Below, in pieces: positions 27,928 to 38,571 of a stretch of DNA of 64,000 nt. A program made the position numbers and the translations under genes. Source of the stretch: an uncultured virus (IMG/VR IMGVR_UViG_3300000928_001655) (Duplodnaviria; Heunggongvirae; Uroviricota; Caudoviricetes); IMG/VR virus record IMGVR_UViG_3300000928_001655. One strand, 5' to 3'. The notes under the pieces were generated by a model. The model was not told the origin of the DNA. It searched no databases and worked only from the letters and a program-made list of their open reading frames with translations. How positions within the stretch are numbered: position 1 is the stretch's first letter; the number at the start of each line of letters is the position of its first letter.

Positions 27928-28440
27928 ATGAAAGAAGTTATTGAATACTTTAAAAATAGTTGGCAACAAGACTTCTCTAAATTCACATTCAGTGGATGGG
28001 AACTTCTTAACCGAATAGACGCAAATGAGTCAATACTTGACGTTGGTTGCGGATACAATCCTTTTAAAAAACATTTTAAAAACGTTTATGGTATCGATCC
28101 TGCGATTGATGCGGCAGATGAACTGACATCTATTGATGACTTTGTGTCTGATAAAAAGTGGGATGTTGTCCTAGTACTTGGAAGTCTCAACTTCGGAACG
28201 AAGGATCTAGTCAAATCTCAAGTCGAGAAAGCTGTTCATTATTGTAAACCTGGCGGGCGGATCTATTGGAGACAAAATCCAGGCGATAATGATCATCCCT
28301 ATGATGGGATCGACACTATCACGTTTTTTGGTTGGACGTTTGAGGACAACTATGAATGGGCGAAAGAGTTTGGATGTAAGATTGTCGAAGTTAGGTGGGA
28401 TACTGGAAATCGTATCTACGCAGAATGGAAAAAGTTATGA
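27928..28440 (+). CDS. class I SAM-dependent methyltransferase
   Basis: ILDVGCG, GIDP, KPGGRI. Confidence 0.85.
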   Translation: MKEVIEYFKNSWQQDFSKFTFSGWELLNRIDANESILDVGCGYNPFKKHFKNVYGIDPAIDAADELTSIDDFVSDKKWDVVLVLGSLNFGTKDLVKSQVEKAVHYCKPGGRIYWRQNPGDNDHPYDGIDTITFFGWTFEDNYEWAKEFGCKIVEVRWDTGNRIYAEWKKL

Positions 28441-29324
28441 CAACTCTTATTGTAGGTGGATGTAGTTACACAGATAAAGACTATAAACCATATCACGATC
28501 ATAATATAAAGACATGGCCATCGTTTCTTCAAGAACATTATGGTTATGAAAACATGGTGAACACTGCAAGTGGTGGTTATGGTAATAGAAATATTGTTAA
28601 TAGTGTCATAGATTCTATCCTAGATCACGAGATGAAAGACGAAGTTGTTGTATGCGTTGCGTGGTCAGAACCTTATAGATTATCTTTTATAGACGATCCA
28701 GATCTAGATCATCCTGTGTTTCTCTTTAGTGATGAAGAGTATGAACGTAGACTTACCTTCTCTGATAAACTTGCAGGATACTTTAAGTTCATCGAAGATG
28801 GTAGAAAAGAATTAATTAAGTATATTGTAAGAAGACAAAAGAAGATTGGTAGTTCAGATCCTCTTCAAAAGATGATTGATCTTAACAGTAAAGTAATCAT
28901 TCAATCATATAGGAACAAGTTTTACCTTCAAGACTTCTGTTACAATAGAGATATACCTTTATTTCACATGAACACGTTCGATCCGTTTGCATTTGACAGA
29001 CAATTGAGTTCTGAACTGTACATGCCGAACAATAAAGAAGCACAACAGAAAGCTGCAGATGCCGCAATAGAGATTATACGAGAGTCTCAGTACTTCAAGA
29101 AAGTCGAAAAAGACATTGGGTACATGGGGCATAAATATAATTTATATAATGATCTTTCGTCTCATGGATATTTCATAGACGACAATGGTAAAATAAACAG
29201 ACATCCAAACCAAGAGGGACACAAGTTCATCTCTGAAAGGTTTAGAGAGTTTATTGATCTTGGAGATCGACTATATAACCACACGGAATCCTCGTACAGA
29301 GACGTTTTATATTTATGGGAGTAA
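28437..29324 (+). CDS. SGNH/GDSL-like hydrolase or acyltransferase
   Basis: GGCSYT, N.A.GGYGN, HPNQEGH. Confidence 0.7.
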   Translation: MTTLIVGGCSYTDKDYKPYHDHNIKTWPSFLQEHYGYENMVNTASGGYGNRNIVNSVIDSILDHEMKDEVVVCVAWSEPYRLSFIDDPDLDHPVFLFSDEEYERRLTFSDKLAGYFKFIEDGRKELIKYIVRRQKKIGSSDPLQKMIDLNSKVIIQSYRNKFYLQDFCYNRDIPLFHMNTFDPFAFDRQLSSELYMPNNKEAQQKAADAAIEIIRESQYFKKVEKDIGYMGHKYNLYNDLSSHGYFIDDNGKINRHPNQEGHKFISERFREFIDLGDRLYNHTESSYRDVLYLWE

Positions 29325-29327
29325 TTG

Positions 29328-30816
29328 ATGAATCCGTTTTACACAATAGTACCAGATGATAATATCGCACTTAGCGACATCGATGGTTCAATCACCTACA
29401 GAGAATTAATAGATGCCGCCATTGTAAAGCGGGATCATTTAGTGAGCCTTGGTTACAAACACGGTCACCGTTTTGGTATCTCAGGAAAAAATGATATCAG
29501 AACATATATTTGGTTTCTTGCAGGACAAATGTTGAGTAGTGTGGTTGGTCTTCGTAATGACTATAGAGAGAATGATTGGGGTTTCAAAGTCCCCTCTGCA
29601 AATCTCAACGTAACAATTGATCTTGGTCAAAACGATGACGAGATTAAAATTGAACACAGACATTTTGATAAAGTAACAGAATGTTATAAAGAATACGCCG
29701 TATATTTTAGTAGTGGAACCACATCGAATACTTGGGGACAGTCTCAGGCTACACCAATGGTATGGGATGTGGATGATTACAACTGGGGTATGGGTATTGA
29801 TATCGTAAACTATAATCGTAGCGTTATTAATCCGTATTATCGTGAAAACAATATGATTAGACGAAGTGACGACAATATTCAGATCCAACCAATGTCTTCT
29901 TGGATTGGATGGGGACAAGAGTGTACAACTCTTAACCTTATCAAACATGGACACACAGTACTAGTAGATGACCCAGAAGATTGGGACACACTGGTAGAAC
30001 GACACAAACCAACATGGACAGTAATGTTTCCTATGATTGGTTTCAAACTTATGGATGTCAACAAAGGTACAGATCATAAGATTGGATGTGTTGAATTTTC
30101 TGGTGCACGTGTTACTGATAAACAACTTCAACAATTTAAAGACTTCTTTAACTGTGATCTTTTCGTAAGTCATTACGGAACAAGTCAGTCTGGTAACTTT
30201 ATGCACAATGCAGGAGATGGTAGTAACCTTCAAAACATTGGTAAACCATGTGAAGGATTTACACATGCATATGGTAAAGACTTTGTACGCATTGGTAATA
30301 AAGGAACNNNNNNNNNNNNNNNNNNNNNNNNNNNNNNNNNNNNNNNNNNNNNNNNNNGATGTTGTTGAAATGGGAGACGATGGAAACTACGTCTTCAAAG
30401 GACGTGCCAATGAAATGTTGATGATCCGTGGTGGGAGTAAATTACTTGCACCTACGATTGAAGACAGAGTACTAGAGAATTTTGGTGTGAAGGAAGCATA
30501 TGTCTTCCCAGTACCAGAGAGTGATGTAGAAGGTAAACATGATATTAGTCGAGAAGAAATCGACGATGGTATTCTTTATCAAATCCCTGGCTTGGTTTAC
30601 TATGGAGACATTAGTATAGAAGAACTACAGGTACATCTAGATCAAAATCTGCCGCCCTATCAGATGCCAGTGTGTATCTATAGGTTAAGCGATACATTAT
30701 CTTCCTTTACGGACACTGCCATATGGAAAGTCCGTAGGTTGGCAATGCATGACACACTAAGAAAAAATCACAATGAATGGTGTATTGAAACTAAAACAGA
30801 ATTGAAAGGCAATTAA
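29328..30816 (+). CDS. adenylate-forming (AMP-binding) acyl-CoA ligase-like enzyme (spans N gap)
   Basis: FSSGTTS, HYGTSQ, IGKP, DVV...FKGRANE; two ORF-track pieces separated only by Ns. Confidence 0.8.
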
Positions 30817-30817
30817 T

Positions 30818-32277
30818 ATGGAAAATCTATTTCCCCTTTTTGAACCAAGTACAGGGTTCATTATTTTATTGGTGTATGGTGCATTTGCATTGTATATGAC
30901 ACATCGTTATGCCCGTGGGTACAACGATAACAAAGAAAGTTTTCTCGTCGCACGTAGAGAACTAAACACATGGCAAGGAAGTATGAGTGTCGCCGCCGCA
31001 TGGTTATGGGCTCCTGGCTTNNNNNNNNNNNNNNNNNNNNNNNNNNNNNNNNNNNNNNNNNNNNNNNNNNNNNNNNNNNNNNNNNNNNNNNNNNNNNNNT
31101 AACACTGGGTGCTTTTGCGTATTTCGCAAAACTAGTACGTACTAGGGAACCATCAGGTTTCACATTTAGTGGATATCTACGTGATCGTCTCAGTCCAAGA
31201 GTACAATGGTTATTCGTAACTGAAATGATTATTCTTGCAACCTGTGCATTCGCAATCAACCTGATTGCAGGATCTAGTACAGTATCGTTGTTGACTGGGA
31301 TTAATTATGGGACTGCAACACTTCTAATGGCACTTATTGCTATTTTGTATAGTTTCCGTAGTGGATTGAAAGCAACAGTTGTAACAGAAATCATTAAGAT
31401 TATTGTTGTATGGACTGGTGTTCTTATTCTTGTACCATGGGCAGTAACTGCCGCAGGTGGTTGGGATACAGTCGTCGCAGGTCTAGGTGGACGAGGTGGC
31501 GAAGGTGCACAAATCTTCGGAACTCCATTCGCATGGGGTATCTTTACAGGTTTTGGTGCCGCTGCATTCTTGGGTCACATGGGCGGACCGTGGGGAGACA
31601 ATAGTTTCTACCAACGTGCATTCAGTATCAAAGAGAAGTCTATCGTTCCTGCATATATCATTGCATCGTTTGTGTTCATCGTAATTCCAATTATGATGGG
31701 TCTACTAGGTTTTGTCGCCGCAGGTGCAGGACTTGATATCGCCGCAGGTGATGTAGGTGTTACAAACGCAATCGTGATTGGTACATACTTGCCAGGCTTT
31801 GCCGCAATCCTATTTGCATTCATGATCTTCGCAGGTCTTGTTGCAATCTTGGATAGTCAGTTCGCATCAATTGCAAACATGACAGGTCACGACATCTTCA
31901 ACCAATTTAAAGGTGGAAGTGAAATCACATATGCACGTGTAGGTATGGTATTACTTGCAATTGCAGGATTGACTGTTGCGAACCTGCCTGGAATGCAGAT
32001 GGTTTACTTGTTCTTGTTCTTTGCGATCTTGAGAACTGCAGTATGGTTACCTAGTATGATTGCACTGTTACGTCCTAACTGGGTAACAGAAGCAGGAATG
32101 TTCTGGGGTATTCTACTTGCCGCAATTCCAGGCGAGACATTGTTCGTATATGGTAAGTTGTTCGATGGTGGTAACACTGCGACATTTACAGGAACAATGA
32201 TCACAACACTGGGTGCACCTGTCGCAGTACTATTGATTAGTGCAATGACAAAGGGACGCAAGTCAGTTGAAGCCTAA
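30818..32277 (+). CDS. sodium:solute symporter (SSS) family transporter (spans N gap)
   Basis: FLVARR, SVAAAWLWAP, GLKATVVT, DNSFYQRAF; many hydrophobic helices. Confidence 0.85.
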
Positions 32278-32875
32278 ACTTCTAATAATTACTGGACCCC
32301 AAGGGTCTGGTAACCACCTCTTCAGTAAGATTTTATCTCATCATCCTAAAGTATTTGGTTGGAAGATGAAAACTTACTGGGAAGGACACCATGACGAACC
32401 GTTTAATGGTGCATGGTCTGACCCATCCGAGCTACATCAGTTCGGGTGGGATCAGCATGAATACATATTTACAAGTGTCTCTTGTCCATACATTAAGAAC
32501 AAGACACCTTATAAACCACGATATAAAACCTTTATAGAAACTGCATCTCAATATGCAGATATAAAGATAGGAATTATCGGAAGAGACCAGAACATATTAA
32601 GATATCAACAAACTCGTGTACGAGGTCAAAGTACCGTCGATCACTTTCAGAGTTCATTGCCATATCTAATGCAGTTTAATCCTTTGTTTCTTAGTCAAGA
32701 ACTATATCAACTATATGGTAACGACTATCTACAAAGTGTGAGTAAACTTCTGGATTTTCCAATCTCACATCAATCGATCTATGTTGATGCAAATAAAAAA
32801 TACATTCAAGACATTGGTGCGCAACCATTGGATTTAGAAGTAAAGAGAGTTATAGATGAGCAACGAAGTAAGTAA
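32267..32875 (+). CDS. P-loop sulfotransferase-like protein
   Basis: IITGPQGSGNHLFSKILS.HP. Confidence 0.5.
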   Translation: MKPKLLIITGPQGSGNHLFSKILSHHPKVFGWKMKTYWEGHHDEPFNGAWSDPSELHQFGWDQHEYIFTSVSCPYIKNKTPYKPRYKTFIETASQYADIKIGIIGRDQNILRYQQTRVRGQSTVDHFQSSLPYLMQFNPLFLSQELYQLYGNDYLQSVSKLLDFPISHQSIYVDANKKYIQDIGAQPLDLEVKRVIDEQRSK

Positions 32876-33467
32876 TCATTGGGATCGTTTAGTAGATCAG
32901 ATCATCGGTAAATATGATGATGAAGTAACCATTGCTGATCTAGGATCTGGTAGAGGTGAAGTCGGAGAGTTGTTGCATGAAGCTGGGTATTGGAAGGTTG
33001 ACGCATATGACATTAATATTACAAAACTAGAAAAACGAAAACCTTTATATCGTAATACGTACTGGCATAACCTAGCAAAAAAACAATTATTTGGACAATA
33101 CGACATCCTCACTGCAGCAGGTTTTTTTGACTGGGCATTCAACACTGCAAGTCGAGGTTGGTCAACTAACATTCAAGATGCTGATTTTAAACGATATCCA
33201 GATGATTGGGATAAACTCATGAGTAATCTCTACAATGGTCTCAAAGACTCTGGTGTGATGATTATGACAGTACCAATTGGAAGATATTGGGTTGAGACAA
33301 ATTTTATCAATTCACCGTTGTGGGAAGATGTAACGGGCGATCACATAAAACATCCAGAAGACTACTTAGGTAGAGTGGAAAAATGGAAAAACTGGCAAGG
33401 TCAAGATACCAGTGCAGAATATGAATATACGGTAAAGGTAATGAGAAAGAAGATACATGTTAAGTAA
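32856..33467 (+). CDS. class I SAM-dependent methyltransferase
   Basis: IADLGSGRG, DAYDI. Confidence 0.8.
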   Translation: MSNEVSNHWDRLVDQIIGKYDDEVTIADLGSGRGEVGELLHEAGYWKVDAYDINITKLEKRKPLYRNTYWHNLAKKQLFGQYDILTAAGFFDWAFNTASRGWSTNIQDADFKRYPDDWDKLMSNLYNGLKDSGVMIMTVPIGRYWVETNFINSPLWEDVTGDHIKHPEDYLGRVEKWKNWQGQDTSAEYEYTVKVMRKKIHVK

Positions 33468-34104
33468 CTGGAAATCAGGTCAAGAACAAAGTAACTTTCA
33501 TTTTGATTGGCATCGTAAAGAACTTGCAGGACATGACTATAGATGGTTGGGGAGAATAGATCACGACTGGTCTGAAGAACTTGAGAAGATAAAGTTGGAA
33601 GCCGAACCTAAGAGTTGGGGAACCAGAGGAAAAAAGTATCATCCTGATCATGCACCTAAAGAAGCAGAAGAGAATGATCTAATCAACGCAGGGATGGACA
33701 AAGATCACATTATATTTCGTAAACACTTTGTTTTCGAAGGTATCTGGAAATCTGTTATAGATAGTATAGGACTGATCAATACCAAACAAGCATTTCATAT
33801 TCAGTATCCAGGCGAGATGTTAAACTTACATGTCGACAAACAACATGAGATGAATAAAGACACTTCTAAGATTGCAAGAGTTTTCATATTCTTAGAAGAT
33901 TGGAAGCCTGGACACTTTCTTCAAATGGGAACAAGTTTTGTTCAGTGGAGAAAGGGAGATGTAATCCACTTCGACTGGAAAGATATACCACACTGTAGTG
34001 CAAACGCAGGGTGGGAACCAAGATGTCTTATACAATTGACAGGCACTATGACTGATAGAACATTAGAGATCATGTCAGGTCAACACAGAACAATAGGAAT
34101 CTAG
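33457..34104 (+). CDS. 2OG-Fe(II) oxygenase/cupin-fold protein
   Basis: LHVD...FLEDWKPG...WRKGD...PHCSAN...R. Confidence 0.7.
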   Translation: MLSNWKSGQEQSNFHFDWHRKELAGHDYRWLGRIDHDWSEELEKIKLEAEPKSWGTRGKKYHPDHAPKEAEENDLINAGMDKDHIIFRKHFVFEGIWKSVIDSIGLINTKQAFHIQYPGEMLNLHVDKQHEMNKDTSKIARVFIFLEDWKPGHFLQMGTSFVQWRKGDVIHFDWKDIPHCSANAGWEPRCLIQLTGTMTDRTLEIMSGQHRTIGI

Positions 34105-34105
34105 A

Positions 34106-34414
34106 ATGAAACTAACTATCGCTGCAGATGCAAAAAAGTATCTTACAGAAATGGCATCCACTAAGGATACCAAATATATTTCTCTGAACGTCGAAGGCGG
34201 TGGTTGTTCAGGGTTTCAATATAAGTGGGACTTTACAGATGATATATCTTCAGGTAATATTATTGACGACATCCTTGTTATAGATGTTATGTCCGAAATG
34301 TTTTTGTTTGGATGTGAAGTACAATACGTTCAAGAACTAGGTGGTAGTTATCTCAAAGTTGTCAATCCAAATGCGACTGCATCATGTGGTTGTGGAGAAA
34401 GTTTCGCAGTATGA
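34106..34414 (+). CDS. HesB/IscA/ErpA A-type Fe-S carrier
   Basis: GGGCSGFQY, NPNATASCGCGESF. Confidence 0.95.
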   Translation: MKLTIAADAKKYLTEMASTKDTKYISLNVEGGGCSGFQYKWDFTDDISSGNIIDDILVIDVMSEMFLFGCEVQYVQELGGSYLKVVNPNATASCGCGESFAV

Positions 34415-34551
34415 CCGACGAAGAAATTGTCATGTTTCTACATTACTACAATAGTAGAGGCGTTACTGTACCAAATCCAGAGAATTACCCAAAGACATTT
34501 ATGTGGTATGTAAAAACATATAAATACATGCAGAGTCAAAAAGTTAAATAA
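34411..34551 (+). CDS. small hypothetical protein (46 aa)
   Basis: Hand-translated MTDEEIVMFLHYY...PNPENYPKTF; ATGA overlap with the IscA-like gene. Confidence 0.55.
   Translation: MTDEEIVMFLHYYNSRGVTVPNPENYPKTFMWYVKTYKYMQSQKVK
34519..34526 (+). promoter_or_regulatory. T4 late promoter TATAAATA (internal)
   Basis: Exact consensus 34 nt upstream of ATG 34560. Confidence 0.5.
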
Positions 34552-34559
34552 TTAAGGAG

Positions 34560-34871
34560 ATGACCATGTCTAACAATTTCAAAGAAATCCTCACATGGAA
34601 TTCAAAACACCTTGCAGAAGCAGAGGTGGTTAAATCTCGTGCACTGAAAAACGAAAAAGGTGGTTATTGGTGGCACGCTAAACTCGCATTCAAAGAAGCA
34701 GGTTTCTCTCTTCTCATGGCTATTGGTTGGTTCCTTCACGGATTACTACCATGGTTGTTTGATTTTAAACTGTTGGAAGCACAAGTAGATAGACTCAGAA
34801 TGATTTCTAGAATTCTACCAGATCTACCATTGTTTAAAAGAGTGAAGTTTACGAAACCTAAAAAAGAGTAA
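34560..34871 (+). CDS. small membrane protein (DUF6356-like)
   Basis: HL...YWWH..LA...LHGLLP pattern, shared with 36870..37091. Confidence 0.5.
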   Translation: MTMSNNFKEILTWNSKHLAEAEVVKSRALKNEKGGYWWHAKLAFKEAGFSLLMAIGWFLHGLLPWLFDFKLLEAQVDRLRMISRILPDLPLFKRVKFTKPKKE

Positions 34872-34873
34872 TA

Positions 34874-35548
34874 ATGAATAAAGTTCGTGATGGGAGAGTT
34901 ACATTCTCCACTGGTTCCACTGGAACACCCAAAAAAATATGGCACTCTGCAGATAAACTCAATTTGTCATCAGAAGTTTACAGAAGATCTCATAACCTTA
35001 CTATAACGTCTTCTATCTTAAACTTTTTACCTCTCACCCACATTGGTGGTCTCGCTTTGACTCTGGCTGGAGACTACGTTGGGTGTGAGGTAACACAAAC
35101 AAAATTCAACCCCTACAGTTTTTTAGATCAATTACGTGAACATAGTCATACTATGGTTACTGATACTACTATTACTGTATTGCGAAAAACAAAACGGTTT
35201 CAGGATTATAGTTTTGAAAACAAGTTTATTCACAACGGTACAGAACCTCACAATGTAGACAACGTTATTGCATTGGTAGAAAGAGGTGCAACTGTACTTT
35301 GTAATTGGGGAATGACCGAATGTGGTCCTCTGTGTATTAATACAACATTCGAACCTTATGATGTAGATCGTGTCAAGGAAATGTTTGCGCCAGGCGCATT
35401 ACTTGGGGACAACTTTGAAGTAGAATGGAAAATAAATGATGGAGAGTTGGTTATCAGGAGTGATATGTCGATCTATAAAGATTGGTACTATACTGGTGAT
35501 ATCGTAAAATACGAAAATGAATCCTTATACTATATCAGACGAACATAA
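34874..35548 (+). CDS. truncated adenylate-forming (AMP-binding) enzyme
   Basis: FSTGSTGTPKK, LPLTHIGG, WGMTECGP, YTGDI. Confidence 0.85.
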   Translation: MNKVRDGRVTFSTGSTGTPKKIWHSADKLNLSSEVYRRSHNLTITSSILNFLPLTHIGGLALTLAGDYVGCEVTQTKFNPYSFLDQLREHSHTMVTDTTITVLRKTKRFQDYSFENKFIHNGTEPHNVDNVIALVERGATVLCNWGMTECGPLCINTTFEPYDVDRVKEMFAPGALLGDNFEVEWKINDGELVIRSDMSIYKDWYYTGDIVKYENESLYYIRRT

Positions 35549-36329
35549 ATTAATAATCATATCTGCAAACTCAGGTGGACGTGGATGGAAGATGGCACGT
35601 CTCACAACGTGTTATGAATACGTGTACTGGTACAAGAGTAAAAGTAACGGAGAATATCCATGGACTTTACCAGATAACTTTGAGTGTGACGAACGCAGAT
35701 TAGCAAAGATGCACTTCGATAGAAAAATGCCTTGTGGAAACATCGCACCACTTTTCGGATATCGTGTTTCAAGATTTTGGGATGATGATGGGTGGAAAGC
35801 TAGGTGGAGAGAACTGTACGACAAACTACAGAAACCCACAATGGACGAGGGACAGTGTTTAGTTTACGTCTCTCATGAAGATCCAAAGACTTTAAGAGAA
35901 TGGTTTCCCAACGCTTGTATATTCTGTGTATATGACAAGGATAGTAGTGTGAGTGCATACTGGCATTTACAGACTTCTGCAGAGTACAGGATTGATCACC
36001 ACTTCAGTGGTATGAAACCAGATTATAGAAACAATTACCAAAAGACACTTGACTGGATCATAGAGATCCGAGGTGATGAGGCAAAGTTTAAAGACATTTG
36101 GATGTACGAAACTCATGACAAACTTGAGTGGAATGAAGAACTAATTGCAGAATACACTCAGCATGAACTGAAAACTATCGATGCAGAGAACACACTCAGA
36201 TACGAGAACCGTGAACATGCAGATCTAACAACAACGTGGGACGACTTTCACGTAGACCTTTTAAAACCATTCCTTGGTGACATAGATGCAAACCATACCA
36301 AAATACTCAGTCCACCACAGTATTACTGA
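35517..36329 (+). CDS. hypothetical protein
   Basis: 270 aa in operon; weak P-loop-like IIISANSGGRG. Confidence 0.65.
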   Translation: MNPYTISDEHKLIIISANSGGRGWKMARLTTCYEYVYWYKSKSNGEYPWTLPDNFECDERRLAKMHFDRKMPCGNIAPLFGYRVSRFWDDDGWKARWRELYDKLQKPTMDEGQCLVYVSHEDPKTLREWFPNACIFCVYDKDSSVSAYWHLQTSAEYRIDHHFSGMKPDYRNNYQKTLDWIIEIRGDEAKFKDIWMYETHDKLEWNEELIAEYTQHELKTIDAENTLRYENREHADLTTTWDDFHVDLLKPFLGDIDANHTKILSPPQYY

Positions 36330-36876
36330 TTACGATCTTGAACTGTTCATGAAAAAGTGTGCAGATCTGGGATACAAAAACAACTCATCAAAAAAAGAGA
36401 TGAGATGGGATTGGGTCACAGAAAATATGGGATCGTTCTGGGCTTTCATGAAAGATGATGAAATCATTTCATTGTCTGGTTGTCATCCTTTCCCAGAGAT
36501 GGAAGACACTTATAGAATAGGTTATAGATCAGTAGTCCTGCCTGGTACAGATCCTTTTAAAGGAATATCCAGATACGGTTACAATGCAATACCAAATAGA
36601 ATATTGTTTCAATACCAAATTAGGTTCTGTCAAAAGATGGGTGTCAATAACTTTATTCTCACAACAAATTCTGAGAGAGACGGTCACTTAGACATGTCAC
36701 ACAGAATGGAAGTGCAGATACACAAGTACACAAACTTGTCAGAGTATTTGGGAGATCGTTTGATTTTCAATCACATGCAATCATTGTGGAAGTACGATGT
36801 GAACGTATACATAGAAAGCCTGTCAAAACTGAAACCAGAACCTTATTACATAATAGATGAGTTACAAAAATGTTAG
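36286..36876 (+). CDS. GNAT-like hypothetical protein
   Basis: IISLSGCH...YRIGYR; FILTTN. Confidence 0.45.
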   Translation: MQTIPKYSVHHSITDYDLELFMKKCADLGYKNNSSKKEMRWDWVTENMGSFWAFMKDDEIISLSGCHPFPEMEDTYRIGYRSVVLPGTDPFKGISRYGYNAIPNRILFQYQIRFCQKMGVNNFILTTNSERDGHLDMSHRMEVQIHKYTNLSEYLGDRLIFNHMQSLWKYDVNVYIESLSKLKPEPYYIIDELQKC

Positions 36877-37091
36877 ACTTCGATTTTAAACACCTAAGAA
36901 AGATTAAGACCAATTACTTTCGACACTTATTCATCGCAATGAAATTTAACTTCATTGCCTTACTCGTGTTCATTACTGGGACAATACACGCATTCTTTCC
37001 GTTTGTATTCGCATTCACACCATACAACTTGGCAAAGAAGATTACTGACGGTACTGAGAAACACTTTAAAAAGGAATCGGATGATCCTTGA
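36870..37091 (+). CDS. small membrane protein (DUF6356-like)
   Basis: HL...YFRH..IA...IHAFFP. Confidence 0.55.
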   Translation: MLDFDFKHLRKIKTNYFRHLFIAMKFNFIALLVFITGTIHAFFPFVFAFTPYNLAKKITDGTEKHFKKESDDP

Positions 37092-38004
37092 ACACTAATT
37101 TTATGTTCTGCATTGTCATGTCATCTAGTTTTGGAATGTGGTCTAAGTTCTCTTTGAGTTGAGACACATTCGTTACTCCCAATATCATAGCTTCTAATAA
37201 AGGTTGACGTAATACCCATGCCATAGACATCTGTGTCAATGTCATGCCTGCGTCTTCTGCAATCTCTTTGTACCTTCTAATAGGTTCCCAAACATTCTTA
37301 TTGTCTCTAGGACCTAAACCACCATACGTTCTTCTACTGTACTCTGGTGCGTCAATATAAGTGTACTTACCAGTTAACAACCCACCTGCGAGTGGTGTCC
37401 ATGCGAGAAGTTTTACATCGTGATGATGACATGCTTCTGCAACATCTAATTCAAATATCCTGTGCAATAAACTATATTCGTTTTGAATACATTTAAGTGG
37501 AAGTCTTTGTGCCCACTGAGTAACACCCCATGCGGTTTCATTACTCATACAGATATTATCGATCTTACCTTCATCTACTAGATCATTTAAAACCTCACTA
37601 CATCTATCAAAGTATTCCATGTTAGTGTCTGTGGGTTTGTAATTCCACATCTGTCTGAAATGATAATGATCTCTACGAGGCCAATGGAAATGCAGGTAAT
37701 CTATACGTTCAACATTCAGACGTTGTAGACTTTCATCTACTAAAGTTCTCACATCTCTCACTTCTACAGGACTTTTGAGTTTGGTACTGACACGTAGTTT
37801 GTTGGGGTTCTTTGCAATGAAGTCACCTAATATGCGTTCACTGAGTCCATAAGTCTTTTCTGTATATGGGAATGTGGGATAGATCTGCGCCGTATCAAAG
37901 AAGTCAACTCCATATTCTAAAGCTTCTTCTATTATTGCGTGTGCTTGGTGTTCATTAGTCTTAGATCCCCACAACATCGTACCAATACAAATATTTTTAT
38001 TCAT
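37066..38004 (-). CDS. aldo/keto reductase (Tas-like)
   Basis: GTMLWG, DTAQIY, HWP, SNETAWG, QNEYSLL, PLAGGLLTGKY. Confidence 0.93.
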   Translation of the reverse strand: MNKNICIGTMLWGSKTNEHQAHAIIEEALEYGVDFFDTAQIYPTFPYTEKTYGLSERILGDFIAKNPNKLRVSTKLKSPVEVRDVRTLVDESLQRLNVERIDYLHFHWPRRDHYHFRQMWNYKPTDTNMEYFDRCSEVLNDLVDEGKIDNICMSNETAWGVTQWAQRLPLKCIQNEYSLLHRIFELDVAEACHHHDVKLLAWTPLAGGLLTGKYTYIDAPEYSRRTYGGLGPRDNKNVWEPIRRYKEIAEDAGMTLTQMSMAWVLRQPLLEAMILGVTNVSQLKENLDHIPKLDDMTMQNIKLVFKDHPIPF

Positions 38005-38570
38005 TTCTTAATTCTTTCTAATACACTCACTTGATAATAAAACTCTACGCCGCCATCAACACGACCCAAGAAAGTGGGAGACGTATCGACAAAACGAAAT
38101 TCATTGAGATCCAACCAACCGTGTATTTTTAAATATTCATCTGCAGGATGTGTGGGATGTGTGATTACAAGTCGACCATTTACATCTAAACTCTTGGTTA
38201 TATTCCCAAGAGGTGATGAACTTAAACATCCATGGTTGAAGAGTCCACTCACAACAATAACGTCATAGACCTCTGGTAGACGAGTTTCTATTATATTACA
38301 ATATTCAGATTTTCTATAGAAGTCTTTTGATATATTGATATAGTTTGGAATGATGTCATAACCATCTACACGTGCAAACCCTGCATACATTAAAAGTAAT
38401 CCGAGTTCACCTGTACCACAACCAATATCTGCGACTTTAGTTTCTTTATTGCAAATAGAAATTACAGTTTCTGCAGCCTTGACATATCCTACCCAATTCT
38501 GACCAACGATAACTTCGTTTGTGTAGTCAAGATCTTTGTAAATATCAATCTGTTTAGCTAAATTGTCCAT
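38001..38570 (-). CDS. class I SAM-dependent methyltransferase
   Basis: VADIGCGTG, DGYDI. Confidence 0.85.
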   Translation of the reverse strand: MDNLAKQIDIYKDLDYTNEVIVGQNWVGYVKAAETVISICNKETKVADIGCGTGELGLLLMYAGFARVDGYDIIPNYINISKDFYRKSEYCNIIETRLPEVYDVIVVSGLFNHGCLSSSPLGNITKSLDVNGRLVITHPTHPADEYLKIHGWLDLNEFRFVDTSPTFLGRVDGGVEFYYQVSVLERIKK

Positions 38571-38571
38571 G

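Noticed and set aside
29325..32277. Apparent split or frameshifted genes (AMP-ligase, SSS transporter; also 24602 and 25313)
   Set aside because: Each break coincides with an N gap of estimated length, so these are assembly artifacts rather than pseudogenes or programmed frameshifts.
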